Shown one piece after another: positions 48,613 to 62,100 of a stretch of 64,000 nt of DNA. The stretch's first letter is position 1. Every line of letters starts with the position of its first letter. A program made the position numbers and the translations under genes. The stretch comes from Klebsormidium nitens (lineage: Eukaryota > Plantae > Klebsormidiophyceae), in assembly GCA_000708835.1 (NCBI GenBank), contig DF237051.1, forward strand, positions 124,001 to 188,000, in the 5' to 3' direction. The notes under the pieces are model-generated. The model was not told the origin of the DNA. It did not search any database and was given only the letters and a program-made list of their open reading frames with translations.

Positions 48613-50106
48613 TTGCGACGGTGAGCGAGGCACTTGATAATGTTCACATTTGTTTTCCTCAGAGCGAATTTGACTGGCACAGCAGAGCGCTTCTTGTATC
48701 CTTGGATAGAACAAGAGGCTGTACAAGAACTATCAACGATACATCGTTTTTGGATACCAAGTCTGACAACATGTTCCTCTTTCTGATCAAAACAACAAAG
48801 CCATCTTTGTTTTCCTCCTTTGATTGCCTGTTAGTTTCAACAAACGAGATCGACTTCGTGGAAGAGACCCATGATGGTAAAGTACTTGTGCACGCTAAAC
48901 AAGGACACTGTGTTCAACTTCAACGATGTTTCACGCACAAAGGATGCAAGGCGGGGCATTCAGGTTGACTCAGTTCCCGCAAGGTCCCTTGCAGGTTTTT
49001 CCGCACCACGAGTCCGAGCATCAACCTAGAATTTGTCGCAACGGAAGGTCCTTTTCTGACCGGACTTCGTCAATTACAAGCACTGATTTTTGCAGTCGCT
49101 AACTTCTGTTTACTGTTCCAGCTTCACCTCCAGACAAGGTTAGAGAACTGAGACAGGAGGCATGCAAGCTAGATTGAATGGAGCAGGCCGGATGGATTCT
49201 GGACACAGAATGAGTACCGTACGAGACAGTGATATACAAGGTTATGCAAAGAATAAAGTGTCGATTAGCGAAACTGGCGACAAGAGTGGGCGCGGCTGCT
49301 GCTTAAAGTGCAAGGGGCGCGACCGAATATCAGGCGCGACCGAATATCAAGCTACTAGTTACTTATATAAATGTTGACGCTTTTGCACTGAGCGCAGTGC
49401 CAGTACTAGGCTACTCTAGCCAGCGAGAGCACGGGTCCATGGCCCGGCAGAGTGGCATGCGTTATATTCTTCCGACCTGTTGTGTCATGCACAGAGTATA
49501 TACGACAATTTGGCGCGCAGCATGCCATGCAAGGTCAAGTGGTCGGAAAGATTCAAGCTACGTCGCGCGCGCCGCGCACTGCATGGCCGTGCACATGGCC
49601 TCCACGTGAAGCTGGCCGTGTGCAACAGGCCATCTTTGTGCACTGATGTACAACGGTATGAGTCAGCTTACCACATCTAGCCTCTCTAGGTATACATGTT
49701 CGATTGCGCATTTACGGTACATGCAGTGACTGCATGCCTGCCGCAGGCAATGTATGGGCGGCCGCGCAAACATATAAAGGACCAGCGGACCGTAAGGCCA
49801 GCGGCTGCTAAGGGCGGCCAACGCGCCAGACCTGCATGAGCGCTGACGGCCACAGCTTCTCATGCGTTCTATCACTTGAAGTGATCATGGCAGCCCAAAA
49901 CGTCAAGGATCGCGGTCGTCCGTCACTTACAAACACAACCCGATCGGGACGAGTCATTGCTTGTGAAGAGGCTTGCCATTCGGGCCACTGCATTCATTCC
50001 GCGTCTGTTTATGTCCTATACTCAGCACGAAGCTGGAGATTGCTCATGTCCCGTGAGACAAAGCAAGAAAGACATTCTGTACAACACGTTTAGCATTCTG
50101 AAGGCT

Positions 50107-53100
50107 TCAGTCGAGCCCCAGATCAAAGGAGGGCATGCCGTCGTCATCCTCAAGCGACCGCCGCTTCCGAAGCCTCCCCCCCGACGTCGCCAATTGCGAG
50201 ATGCTTCGCTCCATTGCAAGTGGGCTCCGCGCCAATGCACCCGTTGCAACCTCCCCCTGTGGCACTGGCAGCCCCGTCTTACTCAACCCGCTCAGTTCCA
50301 GATTGGCGATGGACACGCCTATAGCGCGCACGGCGCCGGGAACCTCCGGACAAGGAGCCCCCATTTTTGGACGTCCGGATGTCACTGACAGCCGAGGCGG
50401 CGGCTGCTGAGACCGGGCCGCCAGCGCCTCCGCTTCCAGCCGGTCGAGATCCAACCCCGCCAGGAAGTCGTCTTCCCGCGTGTCATCCTGAGGTGCTGCC
50501 ACGTGGCCACTTCTCACGCCAACCACCCCGGCTCCCTCTGCAATTGCAGGGCAGTGCAGCCACGGCCGTTCCGGGGGGGCAGAAAGAACAGTCGCATTGG
50601 CCCCCTGCCACCCCCCCTCTCCGTGTGCTGGAGCGCTTGCCCCGTCCGCTTTTCCAATCTGCCACGGTGTCCAAGACTGGTTATCCGGAAAGGCGAGCTT
50701 CCGTTTCTTCCCAGCCGGCCCCTCCCTATCAGCGCCCGCCACGTGGCACGCACCGGGCGCCCCATTCAACTTCCGGTCCTCCTTTCCGTCTCCTTCGCAC
50801 CCATCCGTGGCGCCGTCTTCCGACTCTAACGACTCTTCGTACCCCAGCGAGCCTTCGACCGCTCCTTCCGAGTGCTCCGACCGCCGTCTACCGGGCAGGA
50901 AACGCATCTTGCCAAAGTTCTTGTTGGCCTGCGCCCGGGGCGGGGACTTGAACCGGGGCGCGTTGAGCGGCGAGGCGTCTTCCAAGGGGGATTGGGTCAG
51001 CAGGGAGCGCCTGACAACAAATGAAGAGCAGACTGTGGGCGTACGAACGTAAACGCGTGAAGATACTCAACCTTATGTGTCGTTGTGCTGTACCGCTGAA
51101 TCGCTCAGTCGAGGAGCACACGAAACTTCTGCTTAACGACCAAGACACGACCGGAAGAAATGAATCCTTGGATCAGCATCGCTTCTTTGGTGTAGAGTGG
51201 CAATTCAGACGGTCGATCGTAGCAGGTGAAAGAACGTGTCGATCCTGACGAGTTGCTAATCAACCGAACGGATTCCAGCAGCGTTCCTTCCTGGTTTTGG
51301 GACCAAAAATACAGCTGAAGCATATTATGACCACACAACCCCGTAACTCAATCAGTCACTGTCACGTCTTCTCTTACCTCCTCCACTTCTCAGGTCATTC
51401 CGCCCCTACAGGAATTCGCAGCTTTCCACATGTGCACCTCAAAATGGACGGAAAAGGGGGCATCGTCTGACAAACGCTTCGAAAAATGACTATTCGCCCA
51501 CTTTATCCCGAGGCCGCTCACCGGTAGAGCGCCATCATGTCCCCCGGCGACGCCTCGGCGCCTGCTGACGGAGTGGTGGTCGCCGCGGAGGCCGTGACTT
51601 GCGACCGGTCGTCGATGAAGCTGTCGTCCTCCTCCGGACCGTCGCCGGACTCGTCCGAAGACGCGGCCTCGTCGCCGGACACCCTGGAGGTAGGTTACAT
51701 AATGAGAACCTATCATCAAAACTGCTCATCATATATAAAAAACTCAAGTTTTGTTTTTCAAAGACGACCTGACAGCAGCGGGCCCTTGGTGTGACGTGGA
51801 TATGGGCCACTCTGCTTAAAGAATGGGACTGACGGCGAGCTCTTGGTTTTGAATTTTGGGCGCAGCGATGGAAGGATGTAAGAATACGTGCTAAAGATCG
51901 TCATCCCGTCATGTCGCCTCCTTTCAATCAGGAGGCGGAGCTTCTCCGTTCCGGTCTGTGGCATGGGGGAGAGCCGGATGGCGGGGGCGTTTGTCTATAT
52001 GCAATTGCCCAATCTCTATGCTACTGAGTCCTGTGCAACACGAAGCCGTTTGATTCCGTCCGTTCCTTGCACCTCGAGTCACTTACTCGCACCTCAAAGC
52101 GATTGTAACGAAAGACAGTCATCCAGGCGACGGGTAGAAGAGACGAATTGATTCAAGAGAGGCTTACTCGGCTTCCTCGTCAAAGAAGACGCTGGCAAGA
52201 TTCCGCGCCTGCCCTTTCCCCTTCTTTAGCAAACCTGCAATTATAGCAAGGCTTTGGCAACAGAGTCAAACATTTTCACATCAGTTTGTGACGCTGCTTG
52301 AAATAGCGGCCGCCTATGGTTCTCCTTGGTCTGTCTTTCACTCTTGTAGAATTTTCTTATGGACTGCACGGCAGGGAGACAGGAGGTACGCCGAAGCTGA
52401 AATCTAGGAGCTTCTGGCAACTCAATCAATTGAGTAACCCCTGTAGCCATTAATTGCAACTCAAACCATCGACGAGTCCTGAAACCAACCGGACGAGTCT
52501 GATTTGAATGCTTCTGCCAATTAATTGCAACACGCTGCGAAAGGTTCTGGGATACTCTCACTCACTCTGCATCGCCTCTTTCCGGCCCGCTTTGCTCTTT
52601 GCCCTCGGCGCCTCCCGCTCATCGGCCACATTCCGCTCCGCAGCAACCCTTTCCAACCCGCCCTCATTCCGCTGCGGAACGCTTTCCGTTCCGCTCTTCG
52701 CCTTCCTCAGGCGCCGCAGCTTCCGGGGAGGCCCTACCGAGGGAGGCCCTGTCGGGGCCTGTGACGTGGGCATCCACTCTCCGCTACTCCTATGACTGGC
52801 GGGACTCTGATTTACAGGGCCTTTCGCACCGGACTGCGCTTCCGTTGGTGTGAATGGGCCCTTGCTAGGGGGCGGCGGCGCGTTTGCATCGACCGCTAGA
52901 TCTGGAGGGTTCCGTGGCTCTCGTCCTTCTACTGGCGGGCAATAAGAAGACGACAGGGGTTGGTCGCTGACGTTACGACCGGCTGCCGCTGACGTCATGT
53001 CGCTAGGCGGCCAGGCAACCCCAGCCTCTGGCTCGGTTGAGATCGTACTCGGCCTGGCGAGACTTTGCAGAATGGGGGTTTGGTCCGCGTTAGCCTCTAT

Positions 53101-56100
53101 CACGCTTTGCAACGCGCGGTTTCCGACCGCGTTAGGCCTGACCAGGTTCTGCAAACCGGGTTTCTCGACCTGGGCTGAGGACTGCTCTCGCAGGGACGCG
53201 TTAAGGCGCTCCCACTGTGACGGAGACGGCCGCAGGGTTTCAGCGTTTGGGAGGGGCGCAATCGGACGGTTCAAAGCGTCGCTCGGGCTGGACGCAGGAC
53301 ACGTGGCAGGATGCTGTGGAGCCACCAGATCAGGACCAGGGCGATACCACGTGGTCGTATTTGGGTTCGGGTTGTCACGCCCGGGCCAGAGCCTGGGTAA
53401 TGGCTTTCTTACGGGGAAATCTCCGTCCCGTTGGCTTCCGTTCTGCTGCATTCCGTTCCGCCTGCTCTCCGCTCCGGCGGCGCTTCCGCCAAGAAGGGGT
53501 GTATCGGCAAGGCCTTGTTGAACGCCGTTAGCGGGAGCCTCAGGCCGTCCGAAGAAGCGTCCGACTGGCGGCTGTGCCGAGGGGCGGAGTTGAAGAGCGG
53601 GGGAGGGGTATGTTGTTGGGGCGTAGATATCGGGGCCACCTGGCAAGAGGCTCAGATACGAGATCCTAAAGTTCCGGCTCATAAGAAACGTGTGAGATGA
53701 GTCCTCTTATGCGTTAGTCTGTGATCGAACCCTGACCCTTAGGGGGGTTGGTTGCTGCAAGCATGTAACGAGGATGATCTGCGCTCTGACGAATCTGACG
53801 ATAGAAGAAGCAAAAGTGACGACTTGCTCAATCTCCTGACCGAAGAGTCGCATTGCCGCTACTGCTTCCAAGAACTACCTTGACAGATCCTTTGACCGCG
53901 AAAGGCAGTGCCGAATTCGCAAAGCATTCCTTCATTGAGAGGTAGAGAAGAAGCCCGCAAACGGCCCTTCTGGGCTCATAGAACATGGGTAGCTTTTTCG
54001 GGCTTTCTCAAATATCTAGGACTGAATCTCTCAGAAAGACAGAAAGGAACTTTGAAACTTTGAGCAGATGCACTAGAAGACCTTTCCTGCAGATAGAAAA
54101 TGGAAAATGCTACACTACAGAGCAAAAGCCCATAGGAGTTCTATCTAGTTCTTCATAAGGATGTCTCACCTCCGCTGCCGAGCGGCCAGCTGCTCCCTTG
54201 ATGGGGGCTGCCGAACCCTTGCGGCCGTCCTTCCCTTTGGCTGCCCAGCCCGCACTGTCCGATGGGCACCCGCGACGGACGTCCGAAAATGGACGCCGCT
54301 TCCGTCGGATCCGGTGGCGTCTCCGGAATGGGCGACCACCCTGGTGACACGCCACGCCCGGAGTCGCCCTGCGCATTGACACTGTTCTGGTGGGGTGCGG
54401 TTGGAGTCTGTGCTGCGGGCGCAGATGGTGTCGCTGGGATGGGCGACCACCCCGGTGAGACGCCACGCCCGGAGTCGCTCCCCGGATTGACACTGTTTTG
54501 GGGTGCGGTTGGAGTATCTGCCGCAGGCGCAGACGGTGTCGCCAGGACGGGCGACCACCCTGGTGACACGCCACGCCCGGAGTCGCCCTGCTGATTGACA
54601 CTGTTTTGGGGAGCGGTTGGAGTCTCTGCCGCAGGCGCAGACGGTGTTGCCGGGACGGGCGACCATCGTGACGGAAAGCCACGCAAGGGGTCGCTCTCTG
54701 CGTTGACACCGTTGATCTGGTCAGGGACTGAGTTCAGGGCAGCGGTCCCACGCGCGGGGCTCGGCGGTGTCTCCGGCACCGGCGACCGTTGCAAGGGAAA
54801 GCTGCTCAGCAAGTCGCCTTGTTTGTCGGCACCGATTTGCTGAGAGGTCGCCTGGTTTTGGGCGAACGCTGAGTCCGGCGTTTCCGGCACAACGCCCGAC
54901 AAATCCCCTCGTGAAGGGTACGGCGAGGCGGCGCTCGAAGGCAGGGGCGAGAAACCCGGAAAGGGTACCGGTTTCAGGCCCCGTTTCGTCTCGACGCCAT
55001 CGTTCCGCTGTTCACTTTCCGCTGGCCCGGCTCCCACCGGAACGGAGTCGTTGGCCGGAGGCGAACTAGAATGAGGACTTTCAGGAACTCGCTGGTGCGG
55101 CCTCTGCTCCGCAGCCCCGTTCTCCTTGCGCGCACTGACGGCCTCCTCCTGCGACACGTGGCGTTCGGGGACCCCACCAGCTGTCGACTCCGGCGTTTCC
55201 GGGACTTTGTAGTCGGGGCTCTCATAGGCTATGGGGCTTCGGACCTGGCTCGACAGTGCGTGGAGGGCACGTGTCTCCGAGTCGGGACTCTCGGGTACTG
55301 TGCCCCGGGGGGATCCCTCTTGAGATTCGGGAGCCGGGAGAGACAACCGGCCGCACGCCTCAGAGTCTGGGCTTTCCGCGAGCCTGTTGTCAGGGCGTTG
55401 GTCTACCGGTTCGCTCACGGGCAGACTTCCCAGAGCAGCTTTCCCTGAAACGGTCGCAATCCCCGGGCTTTGCTCACTCCCACCGTTCCTTTTCGCCAAG
55501 TTCGCCGGAGGATTCGCTGCACGTGTTCCCAGTTCCAGTGCCTCTAACACCCGGCCCGTCGGACTACTTGATGCAGATCCGTTGCTTCCCTGGGTCAACC
55601 TTGCGTTCCCCGTTCCGTTTCCGCCGTTCCGCTGACTTGAATTCCGCCCAATGGCAGTTCTGGCCGTCGCTCTGGGCGGCCGCCACGTGTCCTCTTCCTC
55701 GGACTCGCTGTCCGGCACGACGGCGTCCGGATCGAAGCGCACAGACGAAACAGCGCAGTCCGCTCTCTGAGACTGATTCACTTTTTCCGCCCGCTGTCCG
55801 TTCGCATTTCTCCTTTCTTCATCCGTTCCGGGCGCACCCTGACTGCAACTCCTGACACGTTGGCTTCCGTTCAGATTTCTGCTTCCGCTTCCGCTTCCAC
55901 TTGACTTCGCCTCCTTGTCGCCGATCGGACGCCCAGAACGTTTCGCCTCTTCCCGTCGTCGTTCGAAGCTGACAGCTCCTCCTTTTCGCTCCATTCCTAG
56001 TTCTTCTGGCCCCTCCGCCCCCTGGGTCCTCGTCTCCCCCTCCTCCTTCCACTCGTCATGCCGACCCCTTCTTCCCTCCCCCGCTCTATCTTCTTCGCTT

Positions 56101-59100
56101 CTCACTTCGGCACCCCTGACCGCAGGAGCGGCTTCCGTAGGTTCCGTCTTTTCCGCTTCCGCTCTCTCCCTCCGCCTGCCCGTCTTCTTCTTCCCCAGCC
56201 TCGATGCCAACGGAATGTCCTCGACATCCGAGCAGCTCCCACTTTCCCCCGGGGCTCTCAACCTATCTAGATTTCCTCCCAGCTCATTCGCGTTATCTTG
56301 TCCAAGTCCGTCGCCTAAAACTCCCGGCCCTGTCTCCGTTGGAGCAGATAACCCCTCCTCCTTCCTATCCGCCGCATCATCCTTCAACAGCTTTCGCTTC
56401 TTCCTTGCTCCCCCCTTGCTGCACAGAGGTTCAGAGCTTGGCGACCGCACCTCCGACCGGGAAGCTTGACCCCGGGCAGCCAACGGGAGGTCCTCCAGCG
56501 CCCAGGACGGTTCCCCGTGCCCCACGTTCGGCGACAAGTCGCCGAGAGGACGCGGCTTCTGGCTTCCCTGCGAAAGCCTTGCCTGGGTTCGCTTGGAACT
56601 CACGCTTTTCAGAACCTCGCAATGGATGTTTTGCGCCTCGAGCGGAGCCTCCGGTTGTTCTTTGGAGGCTTCGCTGGTCAAACGCGAGCGTTTCGGTGTG
56701 ATCTTGATCCGCTTGTCTCCGGATTGGACGTCGCGAGGATCGCCGCCCGTGCTCCTTCTCTTTCTTTTCACTTCCCCGCTGTTCCTGACCGCCCGAGGGG
56801 AGTGCCCCGTTTCACAACCATTCTCCCTTTCGCTGTCGATGCCGTCCTCCGAACCCTCAGCCTCTCTCCCGACTCCGTCCGCCTTTCCGTCCGCTTCCGC
56901 CGGATTTTCGCCCGAATCGTCCGCTCTCTCGTCGGACGACTCGTCGCTCCCGTCCGCAGAAGTGTCGCTGTCCGACGACGTTTCATCCGACGACTTCTCC
57001 CCCTGGTTAGCAGCCATTCCCTTGATCCGAGTGGGGGTGCACTCCAAACCGTCTCCGGCCTTTCCACTGTCGGACACAGGTTCTGGCACACATTTCGAAG
57101 CAGCTTCCGGTTTTTGCGAATCTCGTGGCGAGCTGCCCTGCGACCCCTCCGATTGGGACTGCGCTTCGCCAGCCTCCGGAACGCTCCGTTCAACCAAAGC
57201 CCCTCCAGTCTGCTCCCTACACCTACTCCTCTCACTGTCCGACTTCCCTCCATCGTCGCGTGAGCCGCGCCTTCGGCAAATGCCTTCCTCCGCGTGCCAC
57301 GTGTCCGCCCCAAAGTCGCCTCCCCCTTGGCTGCAACCGTTGGCTTGTCCAACGTCCCCCCATGTCGTTCCCCTCATCTCAAACTCGTTCGCTTGCAACG
57401 AACCCAAGTCCTCAGCCGGCCTCTCCGCTCTGAACATCGTCTCAACCCCGCGCGCGCTCCCCGGGGGTGTGAACTGGGGCCTCGGGGGGCTCCAAGGCCG
57501 GCCCGGTTCCTCTGCTGGAGCCTTTTCCCCCTCCTCGGAGTACCCCAGATCTCCCCAGTCCCAATCGGTTACCTCTCCTGAGGGCCGGGAACTTCCAAAG
57601 TCCACTCTTTGCATTCGGACGCTTTCCTCTCTCTGCATTCGGACGCTTTCCCCCCTCTGCATTCGAACGCTGCTAGGCCCCGGGCCCGCCCTCTCCGCCC
57701 TCCTGTTCTGGTCTAAGTAACCGTCCCGAGCAGCCGCTAGCCCTGCCGGTAACCTGCCCGGTAACCCTGCCCCAACCACGTTTCCGCCCTGCTCCTTCCC
57801 CTTCCCCTTCGCCGCCCCTACGCGCGCTGGCTTCGGCGCCCTCTTCGACCTTCCCGTGTCCTTTCGCGCGAAGATGTCAAGTCCCTGGTCGCTGACGTCA
57901 TCGCTGTCGTCATCCCCTGGATCCGAGTGGGGGAGGCGGTCTTGCGACCGTTGCCGCTCCCTTTCCAGCCCCGGTTCCGTTTGGGGAGGTCCGTCGTGCA
58001 GCTGCTGCAGTACCCCCTCCGGCGCAAGTTCCGTTTCAAGGGGCCTCTCTTCCTGCTGTAGTAGCCCCCCTTCCGTCTGAGGTGCCGTTTCGGCGGGGTC
58101 ATCTTGGGCCCACTCCAGCCGCAGTTCCGTTTCAGGGGGGCCGTCCTGCAGCCGCTGCAGCACCCCCACGAAGAGCTCCGTCGTGCGCGCCCCGTGGCGG
58201 ATCCTGTGCACTTTCGACGGCTGCGATTGGAAGTTGGAGAAGGCGATGAGGGAGGGCGACCAATGGCGCTCGGGGGAGGGCCACCGGGCGAGAGTGGCCT
58301 TTTCCTCCGCGCCTAGTTCTTCGGTCCCCGGGTCAACTAGCAGGGGGACGCGCACGGTCTTGTTGCCCCGGTGAATGTACTCGGGGATGTCCATGATGAC
58401 GGTGCGCATCGTGGGCCGGAAGGCGTGGGGGACCTGGCCGGGTCAAGGGCATGGTTAAGCAGGGTTTAGGCTCGGTTAGTCTCGCGGGGAACTGTGACGT
58501 GGCGTTCGCAATTGGTCGCACGAAAAGCGTTCGAACAGCACGAAGGTTGAGGGGACTTCGATTGGTAAACAGCAAAAAAGAAAGATAGATGAATAAAGCA
58601 GCGAAGTAACTTGGAAGCGGCAAGCATGGCGAGTTGCCTTTGCGTCCAAACAAGCCATCAATTACTTTGGGATTACAGTGAAAGACTGTGACGAGAAACA
58701 ATCGTCATGTGACCTCGAAATCGACATGCAGCGGCAGTCTTCGAGCAATGACTCATTCTTTAGATCCAAGAACGAACAAAGCGTACCATTCTGGGTGAAG
58801 TGTGCTTCTCGAAGTCCTGCCCCCCGTTCTGCATCTTCTTCTGGACGGCCCGCATCTTGGCCTGGTTCTTCTCGTAGTCGCGCACCTCCTTGCCCATGGC
58901 CGCCAGGATCAGTGCACGTGGCAGTCAAGGACAGAACGCAGCTTCCAGGAAATCCGGCTTTGAGTGAAAGTGCGAGCAAAGGTCCGGGACCGAAGAAACG
59001 AAGAAAGCGAACCCTTAAGCTCAATCGGAAGAATTCACAACAAAGGTCGAATCAAGCCTCCCGGTGCACTGACGATCTGTAACCACGAGACGTTCGGAAG

Positions 59101-62100
59101 AGAGACCAGCCACAGACTCGGCAATTTGGTTGGAAAATGCAAATAAAAGATCGAGTGAAAGAGAGAGAGTCGCGCAGTTGCTCGAGCAGACATTAGACTA
59201 CTTGGACTATGAAGAAACTTAACGATACTTGACCAGCTAACAGATTGTTGCAGCTGAGGAGGATATCTACTCGGCCCTGCCGCTTCCGTCCCGTCCGGCC
59301 CATCCGTTGGATCATCCGCAGCGGAGAGGCGGACGCGTCGAAGCAGATGACCAGGTCCACCTCTCCGATGTCCAGGCCCTCCTCGCCAATGGAGGTCGAG
59401 ACAATCACGTTGAAGGCGCCCGCGCGGAACTCCTGCGGAACAGCGGAAACGGAAGACGTTAACGGTACGTTGGAGAAGGAGAAACTGCCCAGCGAAGAGG
59501 CTTGACGCTCTTTGATGAGCTCTTTCCGGCCGACACGAGGCCTCTGCAATGCACTCGCAGCTCTGTATGCTGGTGGAAGTCAGGCGTGTCAATTCGAGTG
59601 CTCTTCAGAGGTGCACGCCAAGGGGCATCAAAGCCACAACAGATAGCGCATATTCACCTTCTACGTGCATGGAGCCCGCGAGCGCACGCGTTTCGAGACC
59701 CGATTCAGAGCAGGGCCTTTAGATACTTTTGGGTCCCCCAACTGAATGCATTCTGGACCCCTCCATCATATTAGGAGCACGAGCTCACCTTCAAAACCGC
59801 CTGCTGGCGTTTCTGGGACTGGCCCTTATTGTTTTTGCCTGCAGACGCGGTGCAGATAGACAGCCTAAGCAGCCTGCCAGACGAATTTGGCTTGAATTTG
59901 CGACAGAGGAAGGCAAGCCCACGAACCCAAGCAAACTGGTAAATGTTGTTCCTCGTGGTGACAAGAAGTTGATTGTCCGAGTACAGTGGCATCGTGATAG
60001 GTTCCTAAATTGAGCGCTTGACCCTACTCCAATGGAAACCTGGTCCAAGTAGCAAATGGATCTTACCCGAAGCCTGGCCCTTGAACTCTGTGGACCGCAC
60101 CTTAGGTGCGTGCTTTTGGAGCGTCTCATTGATGTCCCTGTAAGTGAGAAGCAGAGCTTTAGTTCTTTCGTCATTTCACTGGAATCCCATCAAGACCAAA
60201 AGAGGAAATTGGAACCACCCTTTATGGACTCGTGAATAATCCCGGTGTGCTTCGGATACCCTTCAAACCTCCTCTGCGGTTTGACTCCCAACCTTACAAC
60301 ACAGATTTGTCACTCAACCCACTGCTCGCATGCATCTCGCTTTCCAGACGTTGTCGACGCCCGTCTGATTGCACGGTTCCTTATGGTGCGGTGAAACAAT
60401 ATAGGCTCGCACCTGGTAGCTTCACAAGATCCTAAGCTGGTGTCAAATACCACCGAAAAGAAATACCGAACAAAACGAGGAACACCATCATCGTAACATT
60501 CTCACGATGCAGAAAGTGAATCTTAGAAACGCCAGCTCACTTGACGCTCTCACGACGCTCTGCGAAGACGATAATGCGTGTTTGTTCCGGGTCGTGCCGC
60601 TCAAAGTGCTCCGCCAGGATCTCCTCCAGCTTCAGCAGCTTGGGCGCGGGCGCGCCCCGCCGCACCAGGTCGCGCATTGCGTCCAGCAGGTTCATGAAGC
60701 GGGCGTCGCGGGCGCGGTGCGCACGGAGCAGGCTGCGGCCAGATTGAGAGATTGAGGATTTCTGTGAATCAAGAATTATGAAATCTGATGCTTTCAGGGC
60801 TTCGGGATGGCGGAAGGCGAACACTTCATTGCTGACGCTCAACACAGAAGCACATCACGGTAAGGAAGACAAGAGCTGACGAGACGAAATACGACGAAGC
60901 TGATAAGTTCAGGGGAAAAGTTCAGCAGATTGCGAAATGCTTCGCGGGTTGTCGTCAAATTTGCCCTTGATTGATGTGTTTTGCAAAAGCGCAGATCGAT
61001 TCGACAGAGGGGAGCCTTAAGAAAAGGTACCAAAAGTTAAAGAGGCAACAATTGGAGCAAAGACCTTTGACTTAAGCCTCACGGGTTATCCTCCACCTTG
61101 CCCTCCATTCACTTGCAGAAGAAAGACACAGTTCCTGATTAGAAGAGCGGGAAAGTACATAACAAACGAATAAAGCAGAATATTGAGACAACAAGAAGCC
61201 TAAAAAACAAAACTTGTTCGGCGAGCCTCACGGGTTGTCTTCTAGCTTGCCCTCCATGTACTTGAAGCTCTGCTGGACCCCGTCGGACGTGAGCAGCTGT
61301 GTCCCGAAGTAGAGCGAGTGCAGGATCGCAAACAGCGTGCTGACCTCGCGCATGTTGCCGTCGTGCACGTGCGGAGGGGGGTTCGCCATGAACCGGTTTT
61401 TGGCGTCGAGGATCTGGAAAGCCGTCACCTGGACGAGAGCGGATGGTTTGCTTGATCAAATATGGAGCCACAATGAAAGCGGCAGCATCTGCAGTAAGGG
61501 TTGCATACCTGAAGTAGGCAGGGGCGCCGAGGATCTGAAAGGGCGTCTTATGAGAAGAGGAGGAACATTGACGTCAGGTTTGACTCTGACTTCGTGCCCT
61601 GTAGGGCAGCTTGAAGTGGGAGAAACACCACCGACCTCACAATATTGAGCACCGCTTGGCGTAGACTCGAGGGCGTCAACTCGCCAAAAAAACCGAGAAC
61701 CCGTCCGAGTGCGAAAGCCCGACGAAGGATACCAATTTGCGCCACTTATCTGCATTTGACGGGAAATTGCATGCCTTTCTGTCGAAGAGGAGCGGGCAGG
61801 CACATCGTTGAAACAAGGCCGCTCAGCTGAGTCGTATAAGACTGGCACCAGCGTAACTTATCAGAGCCAGTAGCAACCCCAAAGCGGAGCCCAAAAGCCA
61901 TAGCAATCCACAAAGCGGAGCCAAAAGCAGGCTCACCGCTGTGACGTCCTTGCTGTAGAAAGCCCCGAAGGAGCAGAGCCGCCCGAGCATCGGCCGGATG
62001 GCCTCCACGAAGAGCGTGCGGATGGTCGCCGAGTTCCTGTCCATCTCCACCTGAAAATCGGCGACGCTCTCAGCGTCAGCAAGCGCAAGGACCAGGCTTG

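Noticed and set aside
56466-57720. Long plus-strand ORFs (375 aa, 265 aa) as separate genes
   Set aside because: They are antisense shadows of the GC-rich FANCM exon, Ser/Pro-rich with no recognisable motifs.
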